Below are positions 1 through 11,600 of a DNA stretch of 64,000 bases, one piece after another; position 1 is the first letter of the stretch, and the number at the start of each line of letters is the position of its first letter. The notes beneath the pieces were generated by a model that was not told the DNA's origin, made no database searches, and saw only the letters and a list, made by a program, of their open reading frames with translations. Where the stretch lies: positions 5,681,909 through 5,745,908 of the forward strand of contig CM074804.1 in NCBI GenBank assembly GCA_037447605.1, in the 5' to 3' direction. A program made the position numbers and the translations under genes. The DNA comes from Zygnema circumcarinatum SAG 698-1b. Its lineage: Eukaryota > Plantae > Zygnematophyceae.

Positions 1-333
1 AGCCTGATGACACTGACCTGCACTATCACTGCACCTGACCTGCACTGACCTGCACTGCAATTATTTTAGCAGAATATATTGCTGTGCTCTGTAGGCCAAG
101 TCGGAATCAGAACTACCGAGCTCAAAAACTGTCCTCAGAGTGAAAACACTATGTTGGCACTGTGACTCGTCGACGAGGAATCTATGTTTCTCCTGGACTG
201 TTAAAACCGTGATATCTGGTCTGACCTTTTTCCCATATTCATCATGCACTCTGCGGCAACACCCTTGAGGTAGGTTCCACGTCCTGTTCTCATCCTTGTT
301 TCTTACCCACACTACTTGTTCCTCTCCGTGCAG

Positions 334-504
334 CTGGTGGAGATGGCCGTGGGAGAAAATGGCGTGTATTTGGAATTTCCGTCGGACATGAAGTGGCAGA
401 CGATTGCAGGGCTGCAGGCACACTCGCAGGTTCTCAAGGTCGGTTGGACGGGGCCAATGGCAAAGCAGCTGGCTGATCAGCTGTCAGGTGTCTGGCTCAG
501 CTAA
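334..504 (+). CDS. possible terminal exon of an unidentified gene starting upstream of the window
   Basis: Pyrimidine-rich acceptor (ttgttcctctccgtgcag) is followed by an open, coding-like stretch LVEMAVGENGVYLEFPSDMKWQ...LSGVWLS ending in TAA. No family recognised. Confidence 0.3.
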   Translation: MVEMAVGENGVYLEFPSDMKWQTIAGLQAHSQVLKVGWTGPMAKQLADQLSGVWLS

Positions 505-819
505 CACGATAAGTGACTCCTGGCAGGGTGCAGAGCTGTCCTTTATTCTGACCATGTTTTTGGATATGGCACACTTAATTGTGCATGGCTCAAGGCTAGT
601 CCGCTGACTTCTCATGCGAACCATGATCTTGGCAAGATCGTCCTTTTATTTTCTCCAATTGAATTGTATGTTGTTGTTGTCACCCTAAATTTGACTCGCT
701 GGTAAGAGCGCACCCACAAAAGTCTGAAGATTAATGGAAGATTTTAGGCCGCTTTTGTTTTCTGAAGTTTTGAATGATGTGCTTTGCAGTTTTGAGTCTG
801 TCAGTGTTGCACAAGTCGG

Positions 820-1430
820 ACCCATTGGATCAACCATTGCAATGGTTGCGAACCGTTAGATCGCGGGCCTGCCAACCATTGCCAATGCTTGCGGACCATT
901 GGATCGAGAGCCAGCCAACCATTGCCCGGACCATTGGATCGCGACTCAACCAACCATTGCCAATGGATCCGAACCATTGGATGGTCAGTAACCATTGCCA
1001 ATGGTCGGAACCATTGGATTCAATGATTGCCAGCCATTTCCTATGGTCCACAACATTGGATTCAAGAGTTTGTCATTTATATTGGATTTTAATAGCAAAA
1101 AATATCAATTCTGTTATATAACGGTTATATTACTTTCAATATATATAACGAGTCGACAGTTGGAATTCGGCTTTCTGCGGAGGAAAAATTGCCTTTTCTA
1201 ATGGTTGCAACCACTGCAATAGTTGCCAACCATTGGATTAATCGTTGGTTGCGTCCAATGATTGCCAACCATCGCAAAGGTTGTCAACCATTGCCATCGG
1301 ACCGAAACAACCATTGCCAATGGTTCCGAACCGTTGTATTCAATGGTTGCCAGCCATGGCAATGGTTGCAAACCATTGGATCGTCCAACCATTGCCATCC
1401 AATGGTTGTCCAATGTTTACCAATCCAATG
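820..1430. repeat. degenerate minisatellite of palindromic AACCATTGCCAATGGTT / CCATTGGATC units, split by an AT-rich spacer (~1065-1195)
   Basis: Repeated ~35-45 bp units such as aaccattgcaatggttgcgaaccgttagatcg, aaccattgccaatgcttgcggaccattggatcg and aaccattgccaatggatccgaaccattggatgg occur in two blocks. Confidence 0.85.
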
Positions 1431-2093
1431 TGCAATGTTGTCCATGCTGCCGCTGGCTGCTCTGTTGACGCGCGTGGCACACCTCTTGTCTTCCGAGATG
1501 AGAAGGCCGACCTCTTGTCCGGCTTCAAGCCTGCAAGCAAGGAGGGGCACTTGAGACAGTCCTGCAGCCTCAACATGCAGAGTGGTTGAGGCAGGGAGCG
1601 GACAAACGAATGGACACCCTTGTTGCTTATGTCTTGGCTTTATTGTGAAAGGGAGGTTATTAGGTGGGGGACTTTTTCATGGACTTGGCGAGTCTTTGAA
1701 TGGAGATCCTTTCGGAAGTATACCACGACCAGCCTCTCGTCCTATATGCCCTCAAACCAAACCTTGTGCCATGCTAGGCCTTCTATTTCTGTGAATCGAG
1801 AATAACATTCCACTGGACGCGCCTCAGGAGAAGTGAAGTCCACACATATGGTCTACATTTGTTCTCACCCGGATTGACCGCATCTTACCTGAATGAGCCA
1901 AACGATCGAGAGTATTCGAACCACAAATTGAAGGAAAGGTCACTTTCTAGACATTGGGACGTCACCGGTCGAATGGGCATTTACAACTCTCAGGCCCGAA
2001 GGTCCTCGCTATCTTTACATCCTTGAAAGATTGCGCAGGTACCGCTACTTTACAAAATCAAAAGTCGTCAATGTGTACTTTCCAGCGTACACA

Positions 2094-4215
2094 CTAATCA
2101 TCATCATCATCATCATCGTCTCCCTGCCGCCTTTCGTGCTCGCTTACAAGCCTCTGCACATACTCCCTCTGCACTTTTTCCATCACACCTTCCGGCCCCT
2201 CGTCACCCGGGCCCACCAACACGGGCCCCACTTGACATAAAGAGAATGCAACATCTGCAAAACATCACACCAACCAATGTCAGCTCGCTTTCACATTCGT
2301 GCTGTGTAACCCAAATGGACAACAACACAAACACAATTTTCTCTAAAAAAAAAAAACACTGTAAAGGATCGCATGATGCTAGGGTTGTGAACAAAGGCGA
2401 ATCTTTGCTTTTACAGTGATTACCTTCTGGAGTGCATTGGTTTCCACCAAACTTGCGCATCCCAGCGAGGGTTGCCTTTACTTGTCCGGCGTTATATACT
2501 ATCAAAGTGGGCAAGTTACGGTCGGGATAATTCTTTATGCATTCTACAGAAACAATTTTTACAAACTTTGTTCCAGAGTACTTTTCCGCCAACTCCTTCA
2601 GACATTGGTCCACCACAGCGCATTCTCGAATCCTGCAGATAAATGATGTGCGGTCTGCGCATCAGAAAACGGATCTAGAAGGAATAACTAACATGCTCAT
2701 GCTGCAAGAAGGAGGGATAGCGTGCGGGATAGGGGTCAAAGCAAGTGATTGCTTTTGGGCGAAACCCCAAGTTTCTATGACTCAATCATGTCTAGTCTTC
2801 CAGTCGCCCTATTATATCAAAATACAAGTAGTGAATCTTAATCTCCTGTGCACACTGACACACTGTGGGCTGCTGATTTTGGCCTTTCATGAAACGTTAT
2901 CAATGCATGCATAGACGGGTTCCTTCAGGAATTCAGCTTTCAAGAAGATGAAAGCAACTCCTGCTGAAACTGCTTATCCTAGGGCAGCTCACAAGCTAGC
3001 GCAGATCCCTCTACTCAAGGACACGACAAGAAGTCTGCAGGCAGGATCTGAGTAGACATAAACCACAAGGGAGCTCGACACAATGTGCACAGTATGTTCT
3101 GCGACCAGGCCCTGGGGAGTTCTGTTCCATCCCCGTCCTCGTACATTGTTATTATTCTTGTGCGTTATCTTTGGCTTCCGCTACCCCCATGTTTCCCAAC
3201 AATGCGTCGCTCAATCAGCTTGTCCCGACTGGCTCATGTCTGCTGAACCTTGACTCAACGACTTTACACCTCCAATAAATAGATGTTTGCATCTTTTGCT
3301 TTGTTGTTGTGCCTTTCGTCTTGCTCCGTCTTTATCTCAGCTCTCTGAGGCTTATGAACGTCCTTTATCTCCGTGTAAAGATGCAGTGGGGCTGTGCAGC
3401 CATGTCTTTAACAACCTATAAAAGGGAAACTCACCCCTCCTTGAACAGATGCACCACCACCCACACGTCTGGAGGCGCATCTGTCACCTCTCGCACAAAG
3501 TCCTGCTTCTTGATGAGCTCCACACTGCCAAACCGCGGTTTTAATGTCGCATTTTGTAATTCTGCTAGGCGCTTTCTCCTGCCACGGTATTGATATCAGA
3601 AGCTCACAAAAACCCCCAGACGACAGCTTAAGGTGCCTCAAGAGCCTAAAAACGAAACAATATCGGAATTGCACCTTGCAAATTTGACAGCCAACATTTA
3701 ATACCTACTCTTTGACGTGATAGGTTTAAACTATGACGGCCTCGCAAAGCATGACTACAGTTGGAACGGCGCTATTGTGGGGATTCAAAGACCCACTAGA
3801 AAGGAAACGCCGACGTACACACTCTGACAAACCTTCCAAGCACAAAAAATACAGCAATTAATACATGCGATTGAAGCTCTCGTCTCCCTATGCCCTGACC
3901 TGCTTCTTCAACATATCACTATCACTATCATAACATATCACATATCACTACTTCCGACATCACGCCATTCCCCTGCACACACCTGTACTCCTCCAAGAAC
4001 CGGTCGTCACTCGTCTCATCCTCCAGTTCCTCCAGCTCGAGCTCCGTCCGTTCATCCACCCACTCCCTGTTCCTCGCCGGCTCCTCTGCAGGCCGCCATG
4101 GCTCCGGCGGCTTGGGCTTGTCCGGGGGAGGACGGTTCCCATACTTGACCATTAGGTCCTCCCATTCTGTCGTGGCGCCCTCCTCGCCTTTGTACACTGT
4201 GTGGTACTCCGCCAT
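2094..4215 (-). CDS. phosducin-like protein (PhLP2/PDCL3, viral IAP-associated factor type), 4 exons
   Basis: Exons 4215-3983, 3578-3435, 2632-2424 and 2254-2094 join in frame through GT-AG introns: MAEYHTVYKGEEGATTEWEDL...DDRFLEEYRRKRLAEL...PRFGSV..IKKQDFVREVTDAPPDVWVVVHLFKEG..FVKIVSVECIKNYPDRNLPTLIVY..acidic poly-D tail. These are phosducin/thioredoxin-fold motifs. Confidence 0.93.
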
Positions 4216-4237
4216 GGCCCCGCTTCCGCCACCGCCT

Positions 4238-4367
4238 CAACCCTAAACCCCAAAACCCTCAACCCTAAATCCTGAACCTTGAACCCTACCGTAAGCCCTG
4301 AGCTTTAAACCCTAATTCCTCAACCTTGAGCCCTAAACCCTCAACCCTCAATCCTAATCCCTCAACC
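4238..4367. repeat. degenerate interstitial telomere-like (CCCTAAA)n tract / telo-boxes immediately upstream of the phosducin-like ATG
   Basis: The sequence reads aaccctaaaccccaaaaccctcaaccctaaatcctgaaccttgaaccctacc...aaaccctaattcctcaaccttgagccctaaaccctcaaccctcaatcctaa, with a 7-bp period. Confidence 0.8.
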
Positions 4368-5683
4368 CCCCGCCAACGCCTCCGCCTGTTCTCCGTCGAA
4401 GGGGATTCCGCAGCGTCCGAAATCTTCGGATCCACAATGTGCAGATCTAGATCAACAAAGTACATTATTGATTACACCGTACGGGGATTCAAGACCGATC
4501 CACAGTCGGTACGAACCAGTACGCTTTTTGGCGGTCGCCGGCACTCGAAAAATCGAAGCGGCCGTACACTTCGCACAGCAGCCTGGCTTCGGGCGTCCGT
4601 ACAGGTTTGAAAGGTTGGCTTTTTAGGGTTGCTTCGGCCTGCAGGGACCTCCACATTATTGGGCACTGTCTGTTTTCTCTGCACTTGGGCCACTTTCATT
4701 CCGCATTCCGTAGGCATTATGTGGAATTTTACAGAATGTTTAGCGTACAACTCGGCATCAACATATTTCCAATAATTTCACTTTAGCACAAAAGTTGCCG
4801 CCATTGCCAATGCACAAATGCGGTGCGATATCGATCTCCTTGTCCCCTTGCGCCGTCCATTGCAACGGCGTGCCTTGCAAACATTAACCAAACTCCACGC
4901 TCTCAGACTATCAGATCTCCGTCCGCCGCATCCTGCGCCCGAATTGTTGACATGGAAATTCTTCAGTACATCCCTCCACGCCTTCGGCTCGGAGACGCTA
5001 CAATCGCGGAAGCACAAGATCTCACTCACAAAGCCTTAAGCGGCCCGAAGGAAAAGAATGAAATAACAGATCGAAGAACAAGGAGGTAAGAAAGAAACAC
5101 AATGGCCTAAAACTCTTAACTTCCAAACCGGAGTACAAGAACGTGGCCAAAGCCCCTCCTACGCTTTTCTACTCCAATACGAGGTCCCCCTTATGCTCTG
5201 AAACTCCACCACATTCCGGCAAGCTACTACTACTGCTTTTCGCAATCTACATCATAGGGTTATTCACTCTAACTCTGCCCCTTAATTTATACATGGCTTG
5301 TGTGACATGACTCCGTCACGTCACGCCCGGCCTTGCAGGTCGATGTTTTTCAACAGCCAACTAAGCGAAATTTTCTAGACCTGCCCGTTCGTACATGTCC
5401 TCCGCGCGGCCGTACATGTTCGCCGAGTGACGTTTTTTTTTCGTCCCTTGCGAAAATTTTGCGCGCCATCGGTCCATCCGTTGGTACAATTGTCCTTATG
5501 TAAACCGCTCGCAGCCCCGAGCGGGCGCAAGCGACCGTCGATCTCCCGCGATCGCGGAGCCGCAGTCCCTTACGCCCCCGCCTGCCGTACGCTCCGCAGC
5601 CCCGCGAGGCCCCGCCGCCGGGTCGGCGCAGCTCCGGAGGCCTGGGTGGTACGGACGTTTTATCACCCTTTTTTTTTTTTGGG

Positions 5684-5693
5684 NNNNNNNNNN
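5684..5693. other. assembly gap (10 N)
   Basis: Run of ten n after a poly-T/GGG tract. Contiguity across this point is not guaranteed. Confidence 1.
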
Positions 5694-8408
5694 CACAAAG
5701 CCATTTCATATATACAAGGTTTCGAATTTTGTAAACGCATATCGTCGAGTTGTTGTGTGTCCGGTTCTCTCGATGTACTGGTCTCTACACATTTTACAAT
5801 TTCGTACAAGTTTACAATTGTCTCTTGGTTTCAAATTGTGGCTTGTGTCTTGTGTGATACTGTGAGTTCCTTTTTTTGCCTAAGGGTCGGGCCGCGCCTT
5901 CACATGCGCGAACTGAACGCGCAAGGGATTGCGTACTACGCGTACGCGGCGGCTAAGCTGCCTTCGAAACCACCAGGACCACTCCCTCTCCAAGCGGCGG
6001 CTTAGCCGTTGCGTTGCTTTTCACGCAACGGCGAATGCACTCCATGCGAATGCCTTCCTGGCGGCATCGTGTCCGCCCATTTCATCGACGGTTCTTCGCG
6101 AGCTGCGAAATCGAGCATAACTATGGTTATTGCAACCAGGCAGTTCCTTAACGCCTTCCGTACAGCTATAAGGATCTGCGCCGGGCCAAAAAATACGGCC
6201 AAACGTCTGCGAAATGAAGAATAACGCCCCGTATTTCGCGCGCGCCGTGCCGCTCCGCGCTCGCGCCGCGACCAATCAGCACACGCCGTCTACGGCCCTG
6301 CGTCGCGGCCGTACCGCCGCGTGCTTCTCCGTACTGCGGGCACTACTGTACTGTATGCGCACCCCTTTGGACAGACCCTAGCCCGTAATCCTACGACCCT
6401 GGCTCTGCCATGTAGACTCCCAAACAAGAACAAAAACATGCTCCCATGAACAATGTGGCACTAACTAATGTACACTAACACTTGGGTACCCACGTCACTC
6501 TGCGCCAGAATTCGATCATGTGTTGGACCCTAATCTTCTCCTCTAGCGTCAGCCACTCCACCGCTCGCACACTCCGCAGAAACTCCAATGCCAAAAGCGT
6601 GAACCCGCAAACCTCCATCTTTGTATATCCCACCTCTCCATATGCACGTAAGGCATCCAACAATCGGCAGCCTTGTCAGGAAGGCCAATCACGCTACCTA
6701 TGCACACATCCGTGTCCGGATGTATGTATACTCCCGCCCGTGTGGGTAGGGGAAGAATTCTGTACTGGGGCTTGGTGAGAACGCCGGTGTCTCTTGAAAA
6801 ACGAATGGGACCGCCGGTAAGAACGGGCAGCCATCTAACGGGGGAAGATTTCTCACAGAATGAGGCCACGATGATGTCTGATCAGCATGCAGCAGCTTGA
6901 CGGGGCGCGCATAGTATGTTACCCCCTCACTTTCCTCCACCTCCCAACTGCGTCCAGACACCGCCATCCCCGAGCAAACAAAGACCAGGACGGTCGTTGG
7001 ACTCAGCGCTTTCCAAAATCTTCAAAGCATCGGAATCTGGAGGGGCACCTGCATTCCTGTTGCACTCCACTTCCTTCCGAGGTGCAGGGTTACCAAGTTC
7101 CTCCTTAGTCGTGATGGCAACCCCCACCCCATAAGCTTCTCTGAGAATCCTACGCACCTCGTTTCGCGTGTGTCACTCCCCTCTGTAGCCTGTTCTCCTC
7201 CTATGCTTTGTCCTCCTACAGTTGCCATCTCCTCTGCTGCTCCTGCGATGCAGCTCGCCTCATCAGTCGTTCACCTATTTCTTCGATTGCTTTTGCTCCT
7301 TCCACCTCTTGTTTCACCCTGCAAAAAGAACATGGGACGGAATCCCCGGCCAAAACGGCGTGTACACAGAACTCGCAGGCTGGTTCTTCAGAGACAGTGA
7401 AAGAATCGGAGCCTATCGACATCCGCCATTTACGACCACCTTTGAGGCTGCAAGTTTAGAGATTGTGGCTTCTTAGATTGCCGAGTCCCTTGTTCTCGTC
7501 ACCGAGCGACTGGAGTATCTGTGCGTGTTCTTTGGTTGGGGTCGTGAGCAACATTTTGTTTGCATGATTCAGCTATGCTTAGGGTAGTGCAAGGGAACGG
7601 TGATCAGAGGGCGCTGCAGGTGTGTCTTATTCAAATTCCTTAAGAGCAAGCGCAGACTTACTCCTATGTAGTGGCGCTCCTAGGTTTTTTGGGCCCACGG
7701 GTTGGACTCTTCGAATCCACCTGTCTGCTGAGCCTCATTTGTCTCAACACACTGTCCGCATTTGAACTCGACGGAAACCATCGGCTCAGCTTCCTTTGGG
7801 CGTTGGTCGAAGAACGCAGTGTCATTACTCCCTTTTTCCCTCAACCTTTTCCTATTCCACCTGAGTGGCCTCTTTACACCTGTCCTACATTTGAGGGACC
7901 GTACCATGAGATTTGGCTTTGGGAGCAGGGTCCGCGGACGTTTCATTCGACTCACATGTTCCTCGAATTCCGCGGGGATGAAGGTAACGGGGCGGCGAGT
8001 ATGCCCGTTAATGATTTACATGCAGCTATGGAACTGCAAGTCGATGATGCTCACATCATTCCTTACGTCAATTATTAGTCAGGAACAGCTTCTCCTCTCG
8101 CTTTGTTTTGTGTGCTATTCAGATCTGGGAGTGTTTTTTGTTATTCCCTTTTCAAAATGCCTTCCTTTCAGTCGCGCAGTGGCGCTCCGGCATGCCCCCC
8201 TCCCAGTAGCAGCGCTGTTGGCCGGCCTCCGCGACCGCGAGTGGGCGCCGTCCTGTACGGACCACGGCGCCCCGCTCGACGGCGCTCGACGGCCCCGCGC
8301 CGCGCCCGCTGCCGCGCGCGCCCGCCGACCGTCCGATGGGGCACTCGCTTGCGGACAGATATCGACTCGCGAACTGGGGGGGACCGGCGGGATTGGGCAC
8401 AGCGCGCC

Positions 8409-8429
8409 CACGTGGCAGGCTCTGATTGG
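8409..8429 (+). promoter_or_regulatory. G-box (CACGTG) plus inverted CCAAT box in the ADT promoter island
   Basis: cacgtggc at 8409 and attgg at 8425, about 230 bp upstream of the ATG in a GC-rich island, followed by (CCGT)n and GA-rich leader tracts. Confidence 0.45.
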
Positions 8430-8643
8430 CTTGCGGCGCACGCAAACAAAAAAACCAGCCGTGCCCTGTACGGACGGTTCCTGAGAGCAATCCGTCCGTC
8501 CGTCCGTCCGTCCGTCCGGTCGGCACTGACTGTTTTAGCGAGGGAGCTCAGTTTGAGCACGGGCGGGCCGCAGGGTAGCGCTGTGGGGGGGAAGGGAGAG
8601 AGAGAGAGAGCGAGAGGACGAGAGAGAGAGCGAGGGAGGGGCC

Positions 8644-11600
8644 ATGGCTGCCCTCCGCGCAGGCACCGCCGCCATTGCAGGCTGGGCGAAGCTTGCCGAA
8701 GCTCCCGGTCCTCTTGAGAGCCGCAGTAGGGAGGCCTGTGTGGGTGAAGGGGAGGCCCGGGCGGCAAGACGGAGAGGCGGAGGCGTGGGTGAGAGGGAAG
8801 CGGAGGGGAGGTGTACTGTGAGGGCTGCGGCGGGGAGTCTGACGAAGGGGCTGCAGGCGCAGGCGCCTCCTGGGGGCTCCGCCGCCTCGTGCTGGTGGCT
8901 CATGGCGGGACTGGCGCGGCCAGACGAGCCTGCGTCCTCCTCGCAGCCCTGCTTGCCGAGCTCTTCAAGGCACTCGCTCGCGCAGGAGCGCGCGGGTGTG
9001 AGGGACTCTTCTCCATACGTAAAAGCTTCGACCATCGCAACTCCAGGCTCAGCGTCCTCGTCAGAATCGCTCGCCGCAGATGGCAACGAGAATGAAAAGG
9101 GAGCAGCAGTGGAACCTGCCGAATCGCATGCACCGAGTAGGTCCCTGTTTCAACTCATGTGCAGCGATTAAGTTGTGTTGATTTCTACCCGTGTTCTCTT
9201 GAATTGAAAGAGTTGTCCTTATGCAAATCAGTGTACACGGTACAGTCGGTCCTCCCAATAAATGGGCAACGCCTTGACTCTAGCAGACTTCCGGAATGCC
9301 CTCCTTCACAACTGAGCTCATAGGTTCTTGCAGTTAAATGCCAGTTTTCCACCCAATGCCCTTTCTACTCCATGATCAACGTTATGTAGTTGTGTTTGCT
9401 TATTTTTTTTAGAGAAATGCAACTTAGTCCAAGAAAATGCGTTGAAGCTTGAGACAATGGCAAGGCACCGATTTCAGGGTTTTAGAGTGTATTGAATCAG
9501 CATTTTGATTCAAGCATTTGCTGGTGTTTGCTCATGCGTGTGTTCGTTTTTCATGAGTTTCCAGCTCGTCCGACTGCCCATAACGCTGCATGCGCACCAG
9601 ATATGGTGCTGGAACCGGGGGAAGGAAAGGATTAGCGTCACAACAGTCCAACACTGCTTTTCCTTTAGAAAGTCCCAAGGTTGGGATTGATAGCATTTTG
9701 CTATCAAACTCTGTGTTCTCACCGATGATGAAGAAGGCCAGCTTACTGCTAGTGCCCTTTGTCCCGAGCTGAACCCCCCACCATTGGCTCATGATGAAGC
9801 CTTAGTCTCGTGTCCGCTCGACTGATTTAGTCGGCCATGGGCCATTGTGAGTATGCAGAGCCTCTCTCTATCACTGATCTCCAATCAAAGCAGATCTCAA
9901 CTTCTCTGCGGGTCGCATATCAGGTATTCCTCCATTCTGGTTCTATACAAACTGCTCACCCTCACCCTCACCCTCTTTATTAGAAAACTGCTTCCTCCTT
10001 TTGTCCCTGCTCAGTAGAGAATATGCAACTTGATCGCATTTTCTCGTGGCTTGATAATTTCCTGCATTTTATCTCTTTTTGTCTTATGAGGGCGAAATTT
10101 TTGGGCTTTGATGAACGAGGAGTGCGCCGTTTTAATGCTGGGTTTTCCTTTGGATTTGACAGGGGGTTCCTGGAGCTTACAGCGAAGCAGCAGCAGTTAG
10201 AGCATATCCTGACTGTGAACCGATTCCTTGTGAGCAGTTCGAGGCTGCATTCCAGGTGATTTTTTTTGGTCTGAGGGATTAGACCGAACGATGGTAAATA
10301 CAAATGATGCACCATGTCTTTTTGACATGGTCGTCGTATTTGTGAATAAGTCGAGATTTTCCACAGGTTGGCTGGGCTTTTGTGGCCATAAGACTCTCCT
10401 TCTGCTTAGCCATTTGACTGTCCATGGACTGTGTTTTTTCTACCGGCGGAATCATGTTTTAGATTGTCCCTTATTTTTGGGGTCAACCTTCAGTTTAGTT
10501 GCAATGCCACCTTTCCATTATTGCTAGTGTACCCCAAATGAAGATTTGATATGCGATGGGGTTGTTGGAACTGACTGAGGGGAAGCTTGACCTCCTTTGA
10601 CCTTCAATGTGCTTCTGGAGAATCTAGAAGTCCAGCCTGCTTATCATCACCAACTGCTTTTCCGTGCTTGCCATTGCAGGCAGTTGAGCTTTGGCTAGTA
10701 GACCGTGCCGTTCTGCCATTTGAAAACTCCCTTGGAGGCAGCATCCACCGCAACTATGACCTCCTATTGCGGCATCGTCTGCACATCGTGGGAGAGGTCC
10801 AACTGGCAGTGAACCACTGCCTGCTCGCGCTGCCCGGCACCGACATTACCGACCTCAAGCGTGTGTTGAGTCACCCGCAGGTGAGCGGCAGACTGCTTCA
10901 TTGCTGCCGCACTGTAAGGAGGAAGGGGTCCTGCGGATAGCGACATAGCCGGGGCACTCATTAGGTTCTGAGGTACACCATACATAGAGGAAACTATTCT
11001 GTTGGCTCATCGGCAAGGGCAAGTTGGGTGCACACTGCTTGTGTTTTTGGGACTTTGCACGTTCAAGTACTGGCATGCTCCTTGCTGCCACGGCATCTGC
11101 TCTTCTGAGTAATGTGGGGTGTCTCGCTTGACATCCTTTAAGCTTGTCAGCACCTTAGTTAGGAAAACAAACTTGTTTCTGGACTTAGATATGCACTGAT
11201 TTGCGTTTAGCGGATGGCAGGCTTTGGCGCAATGTGAGGCGACCCTTTCCAAGCTTGGCGTCACCCGCGAGTCCGTACACGACACCGCCGGGGCTGCACA
11301 GGTGCAACGGTTGGCAGGACTGCTGCTTGATTGAAGAGAGCGCAGGAGGAATGAGGGCAGGGCTTGAAGGATTAGTGCACTACCTTTCACCTATTGCCGA
11401 TGAATCTTTTCTTCACCTCTTTGAAATAACAAAGACTTCTTTGAGATAATGCAGATGATTGCAGCGCAAGGGATGAAAGATGCGGGTGCCATTGCTAGTT
11501 CTCGTGCTGCTTCGATATATGGCCTTGACATTTTGGCGGAGTTCATTCAGGTGATGGGAACTAAGGTTGATGCTGAATGCTGTCGTTCTTGCAAGTTCAT

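Noticed and set aside
820-1430. CRISPR array
   Set aside because: Repeats are degenerate, linkers are only 5-10 bp and resemble each other, there are no cas genes, and the context is a spliced eukaryotic genome.
5427-6224. Long plus-strand ORF(s) around the gap
   Set aside because: The first ORF spans the N gap and a poly-T run, and neither ORF has a recognisable motif.
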